Origin: Chloropicon primus
Lineage: Eukaryota
Direction: 5' to 3'
Assembly (NCBI GenBank): GCA_023205875.1
Contig: CP060755.1
Span: forward strand, 1,364,001 to 1,428,000
Length of the DNA stretch: 64,000 nt
The first letter of the stretch is position 1, and each line of letters opens with the position of its first letter. The position numbers and the translations under genes are program-made. Shown piece by piece: positions 1-10,683 of this stretch. The notes beneath the pieces were generated by a model. The model worked only from the letters and a program-made list of their open reading frames with translations. It made no database searches and was not told the origin of the DNA.

Positions 1-2431
1 TGAAGCCAGGACCTTTTCTACCGCACTTGGCAAGAGCTTGCACATGCGCTTGGCGCTTCTAATGATAGACTCTTCTACCTTGCTTCTCTCTTGTTCCTCA
101 GCAGCACTGCTGTTGCTGAAGCTGCGGTTTTGCATGCACTTGGTATACTTCCCAACCTTGGCAAGCACACCACACCACACTATCAAATCTTCCGCGTCAC
201 ACTGGGAAAGCTTCCTCGAGATGAGGTCGAAAACCTCCAAAGCCAAACCCGATAATCTCAAGCGGTGGCCCCACCTTAAGCAAGAGTCCTCCTCTTCTGT
301 CGAGCCCCGGTGTTCGCAAAGGATGCCTCTCGCAAGATCGTATTCAATGGCAAAGGCGCTGGTGAGGCTCAATTCATCTGCCTCCTTGGAAGTGAGCCAC
401 GAAATTGACAAAGCTCTGGAAAGCTTGCGCAAGTCCAGAATGCTTTTCGAGTCTGGCGAGGTGAGGAACGTCATAAAGATCAACCTCGCAAGCGTGAGAC
501 CCCAGGCCCCTCCCGCTCGATAGGCACTTTGCTCTACTTTCGAGCTTGACCAAACCCCTTCGGCCAAACTCTTTAGACTTTCCTCGACGCTGACGTGCAC
601 TTTTTTGTTGGGGAGGCACAAGCAGCTGCCCAAGAACATGAGCCAGGGTGCACTGCCCCTTTCCTCTGAAGATTTGCCGAGGAAGACTTCATCGACAGCA
701 TGGCAGGGCACGTTTCCCAGGAGAGAGATGTTTGAAAGGACCATGAGGGTCTCACTTTTCATCGTGGTTTGCACTGACGAGCCATTCAGCCACTTGGTGA
801 TTCTGCCGTAAACGCTGTTCCAAATCTCTCCAGGTGCCACCTTCTTGTGCTTTTTCAGAGAAGAACCAGGCTCCTCCCTTCGTCCACAGTCCCAGAAACA
901 CATGGAGAGGTGATTCGCTAGCCTCGTCAGCCACAGAAGTCCAGCGTCAGATTTCCCAGGGAGGAGGAAGGAGCTCTCCGACTCAGCGAGTCTCGAATCT
1001 AGCGCAACCAGCCAGTCCATCAAGATTTCGTTCGGTATCCTGCCGGAGTGGGAGTGCAAGAGCATGCAGAGGACAGCCCCCCACTTTGCTGGGGAGGCCA
1101 TGGCCTCTCCCCACAGCTTCTCGTGCCACGAGACTAGCTTTTGCCTCTTGACGGGCCCCTGGTTTGCGGCGGGGGCCTTTGGATCCCGGAAGTCCAGGGT
1201 CAGCACGCTCCTCGCAACCAGTGCAGCGGTCCTGGTGTACTGCCTGGTCCCACAGAGCTCGGACAGGAACACGTCTGTCTGCGCGTTCTCCAGGTCCCTG
1301 GAGATGAAACACAGCAACTCGCTCAGGAGCGAGAAGTCGGTCCTTTGGGCGTTGTACAAAAGCTCCAACTCGATGAATTCGCATATTGCTATCCGGTACC
1401 CCCTATGCCTGCTTTTCTCCCACGTTCCCCTGATGAGCCTGTAAGGCAGCGCTGACAGAGTCTCGATCTTGCTGCACACGTCAAAGCTGTGCTTGAACAG
1501 AAAGGCGTTCAAGGCCCTGAAAATGGAGTGACCCACCTTTGAGTAATTGTCGACAAACTTGAAGGTGCTTGCGAAGAATTCGCACAGGTTCAGCCTCACG
1601 GTCTTGCACACGTCCCCAGGCAGGTTGACGAGCACGAGCCTGAGCGTGTCGATGTTGCGGTAGAACTCGTCCTTGTGTTTCGCGTAGTTCTCCTGGGACA
1701 GCCAGCGCGTGTACACGACCACGAGCTTCTGCTTCGTCACCGAGTCGACGTTGCCGCAGTAGTCGGCCTCCTGCAGCAGGTGTGACCGCAGTAGCTCGTT
1801 GAGCTCTTTTCCCGCGACAGAGGACAAGGTTTGCCTCTCTATCTCGACGACTGCCGTGGTGAAGAGCTTTTTGGACTTCCTCTGCAGCGGGTGCAGGAGT
1901 TTCGACCGTTTCGCGGAGTTTTCCGCTGCCTGGACGAAAGTCCTTAGAGACCTCGCGAAGATTAGGTCATCCTGGGTGCTCCTCTTCTTCCCTGCAGCCG
2001 GTGTTGTTGGAGTTCGACACGCACGCGCGCACGGGGAGGCCAAGGCGGGCACGAAGACGGAGGAGAGGGAGAAGACTTTGTCAGATCATCTGCAGGGATC
2101 CCTGCACCCCGCTGCGGACAACTCCTAAAACGCGCGCTTCGGGATCCTATCCCACGAACGTGGACTCACCGTTAGAGTTGGTGCTCGCGAACTCCAGAGC
2201 GACGCACTTGCACAGAGAGTGGGCGATGGCGGGCCAGGACGCTTGATGGGGCGTGAGCTTCGCGTACTGAGAAAGATCCTGCGTCTCCTCGTCCAGCTGC
2301 AGCAAGAATTCCGGGACCTCGAGCCAGGCAACGAGCTTGTTGACCCCCGTCTTCCTCTCGGAGGTCTTGACCGAGCACAGGGCGTGGTGCAAGAGCTCCA
2401 CGTCCGTCGTGTTGTTCCCCTCCCGCTTCAT
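1..2431 (-). CDS. ATM: ATM serine/threonine kinase, 5' part (gene runs off the left edge); intron 1992-2169
   Basis: Exon 1 (2431-2170) encodes LCSVKTSERKTGVNKLVAWL...WPAIAHSLCKCVALE, resembling the plant ATM N-terminal TAN region. A GTGAGT donor and CTGCAG acceptor join it in frame to KKRSTQDDLIFARSLRTFVQAAE. Spot checks show that frame still open at base 1. The kinase domain is outside the window. Confidence 0.8.
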
Positions 2432-2718
2432 CCTTCTCCCGACTCACTCATATCCCGCGGCCGCGGCCCTCGCCGCTGTGCCAGAACCAAACCAGCATCC
2501 AAAACAAAGAAACCAAAGCCCCGTCCCCACCACTCGCCCTACTCTACCACCCTCCCTCTCCCCATCCCAGGCAAGCGATCGATCGATCGATCGATCCGAT
2601 CGCCCGAGCTGTCTTCGTCTTCCCTTCCCCCGCGCTCGACTTTCTCTCCTCGAGCGCGGAGGAGAGGGAGGAGTGGATAAAATTGTGGATCTCTCTCCAG
2701 GGCCAGGAGTGGAGGAGG

Positions 2719-3807
2719 ATGGCGGTTCGTTTGGGAAGGGGCGTGCAGGGGAGCGGGGTGGGTTGCGTTGGGGGTGCGAGCTCGTTTCTGCGGCGGGGCA
2801 GGAGAGGCGTGAGGGGTGGGGCACGCGAGCCACGACTCCATGCTGCGGGGCGGGGGGAGCGGAGGACGGGGGGGGGGCTCGTTGTGGGGGCGGTGACTCA
2901 GGAGGGCCAGCCCAGGGAGCCCGAGTCGACCCTGCCCCTGGGGGACGACGACGTTTGGGAGATGGACTTTTGCTCCCGGCCTCTTCTGGACGAGCGCGGG
3001 AAGAAGAGGTGGGAGCTGCTCGTCTGCAACTCGTCGAGGAGCTTCGAGCACAGCGAGTTCCTTCCGAACAACAAGATAAACAGCGTGGTGCTAAAGGAGA
3101 GGCTGGAGGCCCTCGTGGAGAGCCAGGGCGGGAAGAAGCCGAAAAAGGTCCTGTACTTTCGAACCCAGCTGCAGACGATAGTCACCCGCGCCTTGAGCGA
3201 GATGGAGGTCAAGGCCGTGGCGAGCAAGCGCTGCTTCTCCCTCATGAGCTGGCTGGACGAGCGACTCGAGGCGGTGTACAAGCCGGACCCTGGCTACGAC
3301 CCGAAGGCGTCCACCGGCTTCGTTCAGCAGGAGGCCATCCCCAAGGACCTCAAGGACGCGCTGAGGGGGGAGAGGTGGTTCTTCGTCCAGATGGACTGGA
3401 AGTCCCTCAAGGAGGAGATGAGGGACGTGGTGGAGGGCCGGGCGTTCGGGGAGATCTTTGACCCGGAGGCGCAGAATCTGGGCGTGACGGACGACACCCT
3501 CATTCCCGGGATCGCGGTGTTCAGCAGGCGAGCGGGACCCCTCGCGGGCTGGACCGGCAGCCTGGACCTTTCCAACATAAAGCCGGACAGGAAGAGGGCC
3601 TGCCTCATCCTGGAAACGGGCGTGAACAACAAGTGGAAGTACGCCTCGTTCGAGAAGACGGAGGAGAACGCCGAGGAGGCCCAGGCCTGGGAGAGCGCCA
3701 AAGAGACGGTGGGCGGGCTCCACTTTCTCGCGATCCAGGACAACCCGGACTCCGAGGTCTGCGCGGGACTCTGGCTGCTGCTGGACAGGCCGCTACCCAA
3801 GATCTAA
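2719..3807 (+). CDS. TAB2: Tab2/ATAB2 chloroplast RNA-binding protein
   Basis: WEMDFCSRPLLDERGKKRWELLVC and GLHFLAIQ motifs; R/G/V-rich transit-peptide-like N-terminus from ATG 2719. Confidence 0.92.
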   Translation: MAVRLGRGVQGSGVGCVGGASSFLRRGRRGVRGGAREPRLHAAGRGERRTGGGLVVGAVTQEGQPREPESTLPLGDDDVWEMDFCSRPLLDERGKKRWELLVCNSSRSFEHSEFLPNNKINSVVLKERLEALVESQGGKKPKKVLYFRTQLQTIVTRALSEMEVKAVASKRCFSLMSWLDERLEAVYKPDPGYDPKASTGFVQQEAIPKDLKDALRGERWFFVQMDWKSLKEEMRDVVEGRAFGEIFDPEAQNLGVTDDTLIPGIAVFSRRAGPLAGWTGSLDLSNIKPDRKRACLILETGVNNKWKYASFEKTEENAEEAQAWESAKETVGGLHFLAIQDNPDSEVCAGLWLLLDRPLPKI

Positions 3808-3904
3808 AGGAGGGGATCTCCTTGCTGCTTTGGCTAAAAGAATTCGTATTCCAAGTGTACTCGAAAGAAGGCTTTAGCTTTTTTGGTTTAGTCGTCAGCA
3901 AGAG

Positions 3905-5296
3905 TTAAGCAAGGGGCTGGTTCCTGGTGAAGGAGGTGATCATCTTCAAGGCGTTGGCCGGCTCGTCCATTGGCACCATGTGCCCTGCCGCGAACACCTT
4001 CACGAAGGAAAGAGGGCCGTAGGCCTTGACCTCTCCGGCCTGGCTGGTTCCGTCGGGGGAGGACCATGGCTTGAGCGGCTGGCTGTTGAACCCGAGCTGT
4101 CCGTTCCAGTTCATCTTCTGGACCCAGGCGAAGTTTCCGAGCCAGTTGCAGATGAAATCCTCGACTCCGGCGTAGATCATTCCCCTGACTCCGTCCTCGA
4201 GCATGGGAGGAATGATGGACTCGTACTGGAGCATCCAGTCGTGCATGAAGTCGGTGTGGACCTTGCCAGAGCAAGACTCCCAGTGCACGAAGCTAGGGAC
4301 TCCCAACATCTTGAGGATGCTTGGCTGGGCGAGGTACTTGCTGAGGTTGCTGAAGTCGTAGCAGAGCGGGTTGTCGCCGCACTGCTTGCGGATGTCGTAC
4401 ACGTTGATGTCGCCCGCGGCGGTGAGGATGGTCTCCACGATGGCGGACTGGCAGAAGTCGACGGCGTCCATGCAGGTGTTGTCGTCCTGCTGCATGTAGC
4501 AGTCGTGGATCTTCTCCTGGCACTCTGGGAGCTGCTTCTGGGTCATCTCGAAGACGGACTCGTCGATGAGGTTGTTCTGCAGGGAGAAGTTGCCGTACTG
4601 CGCGTACTGGTAGAAAGGGTCGGTCAAGCCGTTTCCGATGGCGAACCCCTTCAAGTTAAGCTGCTTGCCCCCGTTCTTGTTGGCCATCCAGATTCCGTGG
4701 GTCACCGCTGGGACGTAGTGCCCGGCGTACGACTCGCCGGTGATGAAGAGGTCCCTGTCAGCGTACTGTGGGTAAGCGGCCAAGAACTCGGTCAGGAAGT
4801 CGACCATGTCAGCGGCCACGGTCTTCTCGGTGTAGACCTCGTCCCTGTCGTCCTGCGAGTAGGAGAAGCCGGTGTTGATAGGCTGGTCCACGAAGATCAT
4901 GTTGTGGTGCACGTCCCACCCGAACTCGGTCTCGTTCAGGGAAAGGTCGTCGTTGATGTGGAAGGGGCCGTTCTCGTAGAAGACGGCGAGCTCACTGCTG
5001 CAGCCAGGTCCTCCGGTCATCCAGACAACGAGGGGGTCCTCGCTGTTCGCGTCGTTCCTCGACTGGAAGTGGAAGAAGAACATGTGGGCGTCGTAAGTCC
5101 TGTCCAGCTTGAAGTATCCCGCGACCCTCATAGGGTCCTCGGCCTTGGCGTTCTCGACCACGTTTCTGGTGTACAGCCTCGAGCTCAACTCGCTTGGGTG
5201 GTACTTCGCGTTCGGCATCGTGCGCACCGCGAGGGTGCTCGTCGCGACGACGCACCCCAAAAGGGCCACCAAAGCCACAACCTTGGCGTACTTCAT
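3905..5296 (-). CDS. Serine carboxypeptidase (S10 family, CPY-like), secreted/vacuolar
   Basis: Signal peptide; WMTGGPGCSS, VDQPINTGFS, GESYAGHY and AGHMVPMDEP motifs. Confidence 0.95.
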   Translation of the reverse strand: MKYAKVVALVALLGCVVATSTLAVRTMPNAKYHPSELSSRLYTRNVVENAKAEDPMRVAGYFKLDRTYDAHMFFFHFQSRNDANSEDPLVVWMTGGPGCSSELAVFYENGPFHINDDLSLNETEFGWDVHHNMIFVDQPINTGFSYSQDDRDEVYTEKTVAADMVDFLTEFLAAYPQYADRDLFITGESYAGHYVPAVTHGIWMANKNGGKQLNLKGFAIGNGLTDPFYQYAQYGNFSLQNNLIDESVFEMTQKQLPECQEKIHDCYMQQDDNTCMDAVDFCQSAIVETILTAAGDINVYDIRKQCGDNPLCYDFSNLSKYLAQPSILKMLGVPSFVHWESCSGKVHTDFMHDWMLQYESIIPPMLEDGVRGMIYAGVEDFICNWLGNFAWVQKMNWNGQLGFNSQPLKPWSSPDGTSQAGEVKAYGPLSFVKVFAAGHMVPMDEPANALKMITSFTRNQPLA

Positions 5297-5660
5297 CTTT
5301 CAACCTGTCTCTCTCTCTCTCTCGCTCTCTCGCTCTCTCTCTGTCTTGGTCGCGCTCCAAGAAACAACCTTTAGTCGGCGATTAGACGGTTGCTGACGAT
5401 GTCCTTCGTAGTGACGTCTCCTGACGAAAGAGTTAGCGTTCGCCTCCTAGCGAGAAGAGCGAGAAGAGAGAGAGAGAGAGAGAGAGTCTGTTTGTTGTGA
5501 CCTAACTAACTTCCGAACTGGACCCCTCGACGTTGAGGAGAAGGGGACGTTCGTTGCACCAAGGCCTGGGGCCCTCTGACCGTCCAAGAGAGAGACTCGG
5601 GGTGGGGGGGGCGCGGAGCGCCGAGCGAATCAACTTGTTGTCCGAGCACGAAACGTCGGC

Positions 5661-6681
5661 ATGAACTTTCTGGGTTTCAAGGTACGTTTTTTTCACGCAC
5701 AAGGGCGAACATCAGAGAGGGGGCGTTGGTCGTTGGCTGAATCAACGAATCGTCGTCTAACAACCTTCTCGCTCTCTTCTTTCCTTGCCCTCGCTTCCCC
5801 AGGCGCCAGTAACAGTGGGGTGTGAGCTCCTGAAGGGCGGTGGGGTGAAGCCCGAGCTCGTGACTGTCCGAAGCGCGAGCGGGGCACCGGAGACCATACC
5901 TCTGTACAACGATGGCGACACTGTGTCGGGCGCTGTCACCGTGACGCCTGCCTTCGGGAAGAAGATAGACCACCAAGGGATAAAAATTGAGCTGCTGGGA
6001 CAGATCGAGACCTATTACGACAAGGGCAGCTTCTATGACTTCGTCGCCGCGGTGCGCGAGGTCTCGGGGCCGGGGGAGGTGAAGGAGGAGGTCAAGTACG
6101 ACTTCGAGTTCCCAAACGTCGAGATGCTGAACGAGACCTACAACGGCGTCAACGTGCGGCTGAGGTACGTCGTCAAGGTGACCATAGTGCGCTCCTACAG
6201 GGGTTCCGTCGTCAAGGACTTCAACTTCTGCGTCCGGAACACGACTGTGCTGCCCGAGATCAACAACAGCATCAAGATGGAGGTCGGGATAGAGGACTGC
6301 TTGCACATAGAGTTCGAGTACAAGAAGTCGAAGTACCACTTAAAGGACGTCCTCGTTGGGAAGATATACTTCCTGCTCGTGCAGATTAAGCTCAAGCACA
6401 TGGAACTGGAGATCCGCAGGCGAGAGACGACGGGGAGCGGTTCGAACCAGTACAACGAGACGCAGACAATGGCCAAGTACGAGGTCATGGACGGTGCGCC
6501 TGTCAAGGGGGAGTGCATACCGATTCGACTCTTTTTGAGCGCGTACGACTTGACGCCCACCTACAAGAATGTAAACAACAAGTTCAGCGTCAAGTACTTC
6601 CTCAACCTCGTGCTCGTGGACGAGGAGGATCGCAGGTATTTTAAGCAGCAGGAGATCCACTTGTTCAGGACGGAATTGTAA
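5661..6681 (+). CDS. VPS26: Retromer subunit VPS26; intron 5682-5802
   Basis: MNFLGFK exon spliced (GTACG...CCCAG) to APVTVGCE...; [17 protein letters not shown] and [13 protein letters not shown] motifs. Confidence 0.95.
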
Positions 6682-6804
6682 ACAGAGAGACGGGTGATTA
6701 TACACAACAATTATTTTGGCTTCTTACACACACACACACACACACAAGTATTATGTTTTTCCCTGCCCGCTCCCTCGAGAGCGCGCCCGCCCCGCCCAGC
6801 GGTA

Positions 6805-7461
6805 TCACAGCTTCTGCATGTGGCAACCTAGGAGCCCGTACCCGTCCCACTTGCACGGAGTCAGCTCGAGCTCCCTGAGCGCCCCTTCCCTCGAGACGAC
6901 CACCTTCACCACCAAGCCCTCGTGCGCCCTCGCGTAGTCGGCCACCTGGGCCAGACTCCCGCCGAAGGTGCCCCGGTCGATGGTCCCAAACGCGACGATG
7001 CGGTCCCCCACGTACATTCCCGCGCGCTCGGTGGGGGAGCCGGACGCAATCTCGTCCACCACAGCGTAAGGCGCCGGGCCCGCGGGGGAGGGGGCAGGCA
7101 CAGCGCTGGCCACGCTCGCCCTCTCCGCGTGCGTCCCCAAAGTCGTTCCGTTCGCGCTGCCGTTCTGGTGGCCGCTCGAGCCCCCCCTGCTCTCGGCGTG
7201 GATCGCGTGGATCGCCTGCTCGATCTCCGCCGTCAGCCTCTTGTGATCGTTGTAGAGGCGGGCCAGCTCTCCCCTGTCCTGTCTCACCCTCGTGACGTCC
7301 ACGTCCGATCTGGGAAAGCCCTCGTCGTCCACCAGCGGCGCGTCCTCGCCTATCCCTCGCTCCTCCGCATTCAACCTCCCCCTTATCCTCTCGATCTCCA
7401 CCTCCAGCGCATCCCTCTCCTCCACCAAAGCCTTCGCCCTCGCCTTGTCGTCGTCCGCCAT
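6805..7461 (-). CDS. PSMD9: 26S proteasome assembly chaperone PSMD9/Nas2 (p27), coiled coil plus PDZ
   Basis: PLVDDEGFPRSDVDV...LYNDHK and C-terminal LTPCKWDGYGLLGCH motifs. Confidence 0.92.
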   Translation of the reverse strand: MADDDKARAKALVEERDALEVEIERIRGRLNAEERGIGEDAPLVDDEGFPRSDVDVTRVRQDRGELARLYNDHKRLTAEIEQAIHAIHAESRGGSSGHQNGSANGTTLGTHAERASVASAVPAPSPAGPAPYAVVDEIASGSPTERAGMYVGDRIVAFGTIDRGTFGGSLAQVADYARAHEGLVVKVVVSREGALRELELTPCKWDGYGLLGCHMQKL

Positions 7462-7696
7462 CGTATCGTCGTATTCATCGTTCTTCCCTGCTGGGTTTCG
7501 GAAACGAAAATGGTTGGACGACAACTCCCTGGCAAGCAAAGGCAGGCAGGCTTGGGAAGGACGCGGAGGTCTTGAAGGCCAAGGTGAGGGAGGGGGGGAG
7601 GCAAGGGGACCCGGGCCTCAGAGAGTCGCGGGTTGGGTGTGCGGTGGCCCCTGGTCTCACTCTACCAAAGAGCCAATCTTGGCTCTCGGCGAGGGG

Positions 7697-9139
7697 ATGA
7701 ACCACCAGGCCTGGCAAGAGCCCTTGGGGCGGGTGGTGCAGGGGCTCCTGTCGATAAAGTCCGCCGCGGTGAGGTCGCTCAGCTATGCGGTGATCGCCAC
7801 CGCAGCCTTGTCGATTCTGTGGGGGGGGGTCACCTACTTCTACTGCGCTTTCTTTGAGTTGCCCGCGGGCGGCCATTTTTCCAGCCAACTCAAAGCCGTG
7901 CTGCTCTCCATCCTTGTCGTCGCGCTGGTGTGCTCGCCCTACTTCGCGAGGCACGCGAGGGCAAGCACCGCGAAGACGGGCGATGCCCCCAGACGGTTCT
8001 ACTCGACGGGCATCACCACGCTCAAGGCGATATGCATGATATTCGTCGCGGTCATACACGTGGGCTGTCACGACGTGAGCGCCAAGTACTTCGTGTACAG
8101 GCACTTGATCAACCAGGCAGTCCCCATGATGTTTGTGGCCATGGGGGTGACGGGGCTCGCGGCGAGCAAGAGGTACTCGCTCGTCGACAGATTCGCCGGT
8201 CTCCTCGAGGCTTGGTACTTTTACATCGTTTTTAACTGGGCGTATCGCTACTTTGACGGGAACTCTACGGATTGGCGGGGGAAGTACACGACCGAGGAGC
8301 ATGCGAAAATACTGCTGACGTCAGTTCTGGGGTGGTGCCCATGCCTTGGTGGAGCATGGTTCGTGTTTCCTATGCTTCAAATTCTCCTTATCATCCACGT
8401 GGTGAACAACTACTTTGGGGAAAACAAAGAGTGGCTAATTGGGTTCTTGACGCCGATCATGATCGTATTCTCCTGCATGCCGAGGGAGGTCATGAGTAAG
8501 TACATTTACGACATGACGGACAAGTGGACCAACAATCTGGCGATGGGCTGTGACATATACTCTTCGGTCTACACCCTCATGCTGTGGTGCCGGTGGGTCG
8601 GGTACGCCTTGGCGGGCATGTGGTTTGCGACGTTTCACAGACACATCAAGAGGTGGCAGTGGAGCGTTGCCTTGTTTCTGGGTTCCCTTGCCTGTTCAGT
8701 GGCAATGGACTCCGTTATGAACTCGAGCATGGAGCGGAAACCCAAGCACGGCCTGGCAGAGTTCTTCAACTATGCTTCCGTCATCACTCTCACCTTGGCC
8801 TCCATCATATTCTTTGATCACTTTCAGTGGTTCAAGGCGATCTCGTGGATGGGAGACTGCTCCTGGACATTCTACTTGGGGCAAATATCAATATTGAACG
8901 TGGTGGGAGACTCGTGCGGAATGGCGGCTAAGTTCGTAGAGTACTCCCCCACAATCACCTTCGTGCAACTCACTTTCGGGCTGAGCTGGGGTTTCACTTG
9001 GCTGATGAACGGGAAGAAGATGAGGGCGAAGCCCTCCCGCAGCTCTGCGGACGCCGGCCAGGGCGGCATCGAGCAAGCCCCTCTCCTTCAGCTGTCGACG
9101 TCGAGAGGGGCACCCCCACAAAAGCGTGTAGAGTTGTAA
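7697..9139 (+). CDS. Multi-pass membrane protein, acyltransferase-3 (OafA/NolL-like) family
   Basis: Roughly 10-12 hydrophobic segments; GITTLKAICMIFVAVIH, QAVPMMFVAMG, GGAWFV and MGDCSWTFYL match the AT3 motif pattern. Confidence 0.65.
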   Translation: MNHQAWQEPLGRVVQGLLSIKSAAVRSLSYAVIATAALSILWGGVTYFYCAFFELPAGGHFSSQLKAVLLSILVVALVCSPYFARHARASTAKTGDAPRRFYSTGITTLKAICMIFVAVIHVGCHDVSAKYFVYRHLINQAVPMMFVAMGVTGLAASKRYSLVDRFAGLLEAWYFYIVFNWAYRYFDGNSTDWRGKYTTEEHAKILLTSVLGWCPCLGGAWFVFPMLQILLIIHVVNNYFGENKEWLIGFLTPIMIVFSCMPREVMSKYIYDMTDKWTNNLAMGCDIYSSVYTLMLWCRWVGYALAGMWFATFHRHIKRWQWSVALFLGSLACSVAMDSVMNSSMERKPKHGLAEFFNYASVITLTLASIIFFDHFQWFKAISWMGDCSWTFYLGQISILNVVGDSCGMAAKFVEYSPTITFVQLTFGLSWGFTWLMNGKKMRAKPSRSSADAGQGGIEQAPLLQLSTSRGAPPQKRVEL

Positions 9140-9390
9140 GCTGTCCTTGTAAGTGTTTTCATAATATTCTTATTCATTTCTTTCTTCTCCGAGACTTCGT
9201 TGCTCGACGACCTGCTTGTTAGAGGCACAGCAAAGGTGGCTTCCCGAGGGAAAGCGATGGCGATGGCGATGGGAGGACCCAAGGGGAAGAATTCCTTGGG
9301 ACTTGATGAGCTTGATCCCCCTCCTCTCCCTCGGTTTTTGTTCCTAATCAGCAGATTTGGGGACCCTTGGCCTCCCGAATCATCAGCATC

Positions 9391-10545
9391 ATGGCGTCCT
9401 CTCGCCTTGGTGGCGCGAGCATCGTGCGTCGGACAGTGTCGCACCTGCTTTCCTCCGAAGCTTCGACGTCGTCGGCAAACTTGTGCACGAGCGCGGCGAA
9501 GCGCGCCGTCGCACAACCCGGCGCAAAGGTTGTTGGTGCCGGAGCCACCCCCGCGACCAGTAGCTCTGCTGCTGTCACGAGCCCTAGGGAGCTCTTGACG
9601 GTGTTCAAGCAGCTGTCGAAGGCCCGACTGAGCGCGCTGGTGGTCCTGAGCGCGGCGGCTGGGTTCGTCGCCGGCAGCGGCGAGACGGTGGAGTGGACGA
9701 AGCTGGGCTTGACGTCTTTCGGAACCTTCGCGTGCGCTGCCTCTGCGAACACCCTGAACCAGATCTATGAGGTGGAGAAGGACAAACTGATGAAGCGGAC
9801 GTGCAAGCGGCCCCTCCCCACGGGGAAGATAACTCCGAAGAACGCCCTGATCTGGGCGGTGGGATCCGGGGTCGTGGGCTGCGCGACTCTCTACGCAAGC
9901 TCGAACGCCACGACCGCAGCGCTTGGCGCGGCAAACATTGTGCTGTATGCCGGTGTCTACACGCCCCTCAAGCAGGTCAGCATGTGGAACACGTGGGTGG
10001 GTGCTCTGGTTGGGGCCGTTCCCCCGCTGATGGGCTGGGCCGCGGCCTCTGGTGGGCTGGAGCCCGGTTCCTTTGTCCTCGCGTCGGCCCTCCACTTCTG
10101 GCAACTGCCTCACTTCTTCTCCCTGGCTTGGATATGCAGAGAAGACTACGGCAGGGGAGGCTACAAGATGCTCTCCCTCATGGACAAGACCGGAAAGAGG
10201 ACGGCGGCCTGCGCCTTGAGAAATTGCATCTACTTGCTCCCCCTCGGGTTCCTGGCGCAGCACTTTAACGTTGCCACGGAGGAGTTCACGTACGAAGCCG
10301 CCGCCCTGTCCACGGTGATGGCGTGCTCCGCCCTCGTCTTCTACACCAAGCCGTCAGTGGAGACCGCTAGGATTCTCTTCAGGGCAAGCTTGCTGCACTT
10401 GCCGCTGTACATGGGGTCCCTCTTGATGCACAGAATACCTCGCGGTCAAGACAAGCCCCTTGGAAAGGAAGAGAAGTCCAAAGTGGTGATGCCGCCGTTC
10501 CCTTTCCTTCCGGTGCCGGGAGTGGACTTCAAGAGAGGAGGATAA
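9391..10545 (+). CDS. COX10: Protoheme IX farnesyltransferase (heme O synthase), mitochondrial
   Basis: ANTLNQIYEVEKDKLMKRTCKRPLPTG, YTPLKQ, WQLPHF and DYGRGGYKML motifs; presequence-like N-terminus. Confidence 0.95.
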   Translation: MASSRLGGASIVRRTVSHLLSSEASTSSANLCTSAAKRAVAQPGAKVVGAGATPATSSSAAVTSPRELLTVFKQLSKARLSALVVLSAAAGFVAGSGETVEWTKLGLTSFGTFACAASANTLNQIYEVEKDKLMKRTCKRPLPTGKITPKNALIWAVGSGVVGCATLYASSNATTAALGAANIVLYAGVYTPLKQVSMWNTWVGALVGAVPPLMGWAAASGGLEPGSFVLASALHFWQLPHFFSLAWICREDYGRGGYKMLSLMDKTGKRTAACALRNCIYLLPLGFLAQHFNVATEEFTYEAAALSTVMACSALVFYTKPSVETARILFRASLLHLPLYMGSLLMHRIPRGQDKPLGKEEKSKVVMPPFPFLPVPGVDFKRGG

Positions 10546-10683
10546 CAAAGCGATCGCGAAACGGTCGGTCGTTTCTATTTTAATAACTTAAGACGACGGC
10601 TAACGTCTGTGCGAATCAAAACCCGGTTCGTGCGCGTGTTTGCCCTCGGGTCCCGATTCCGATGTGCGGCACCGTGTACTAAA

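Noticed and set aside
3980..5374. Long antisense or alternative-frame ORFs (also 14426-15730, 18430-19923, 42705-44483, 56296-57753, 59570-61168 and others)
   Set aside because: They shadow well-supported genes; strong GC3 bias depletes stop codons in the other frames, and the translations show no motifs
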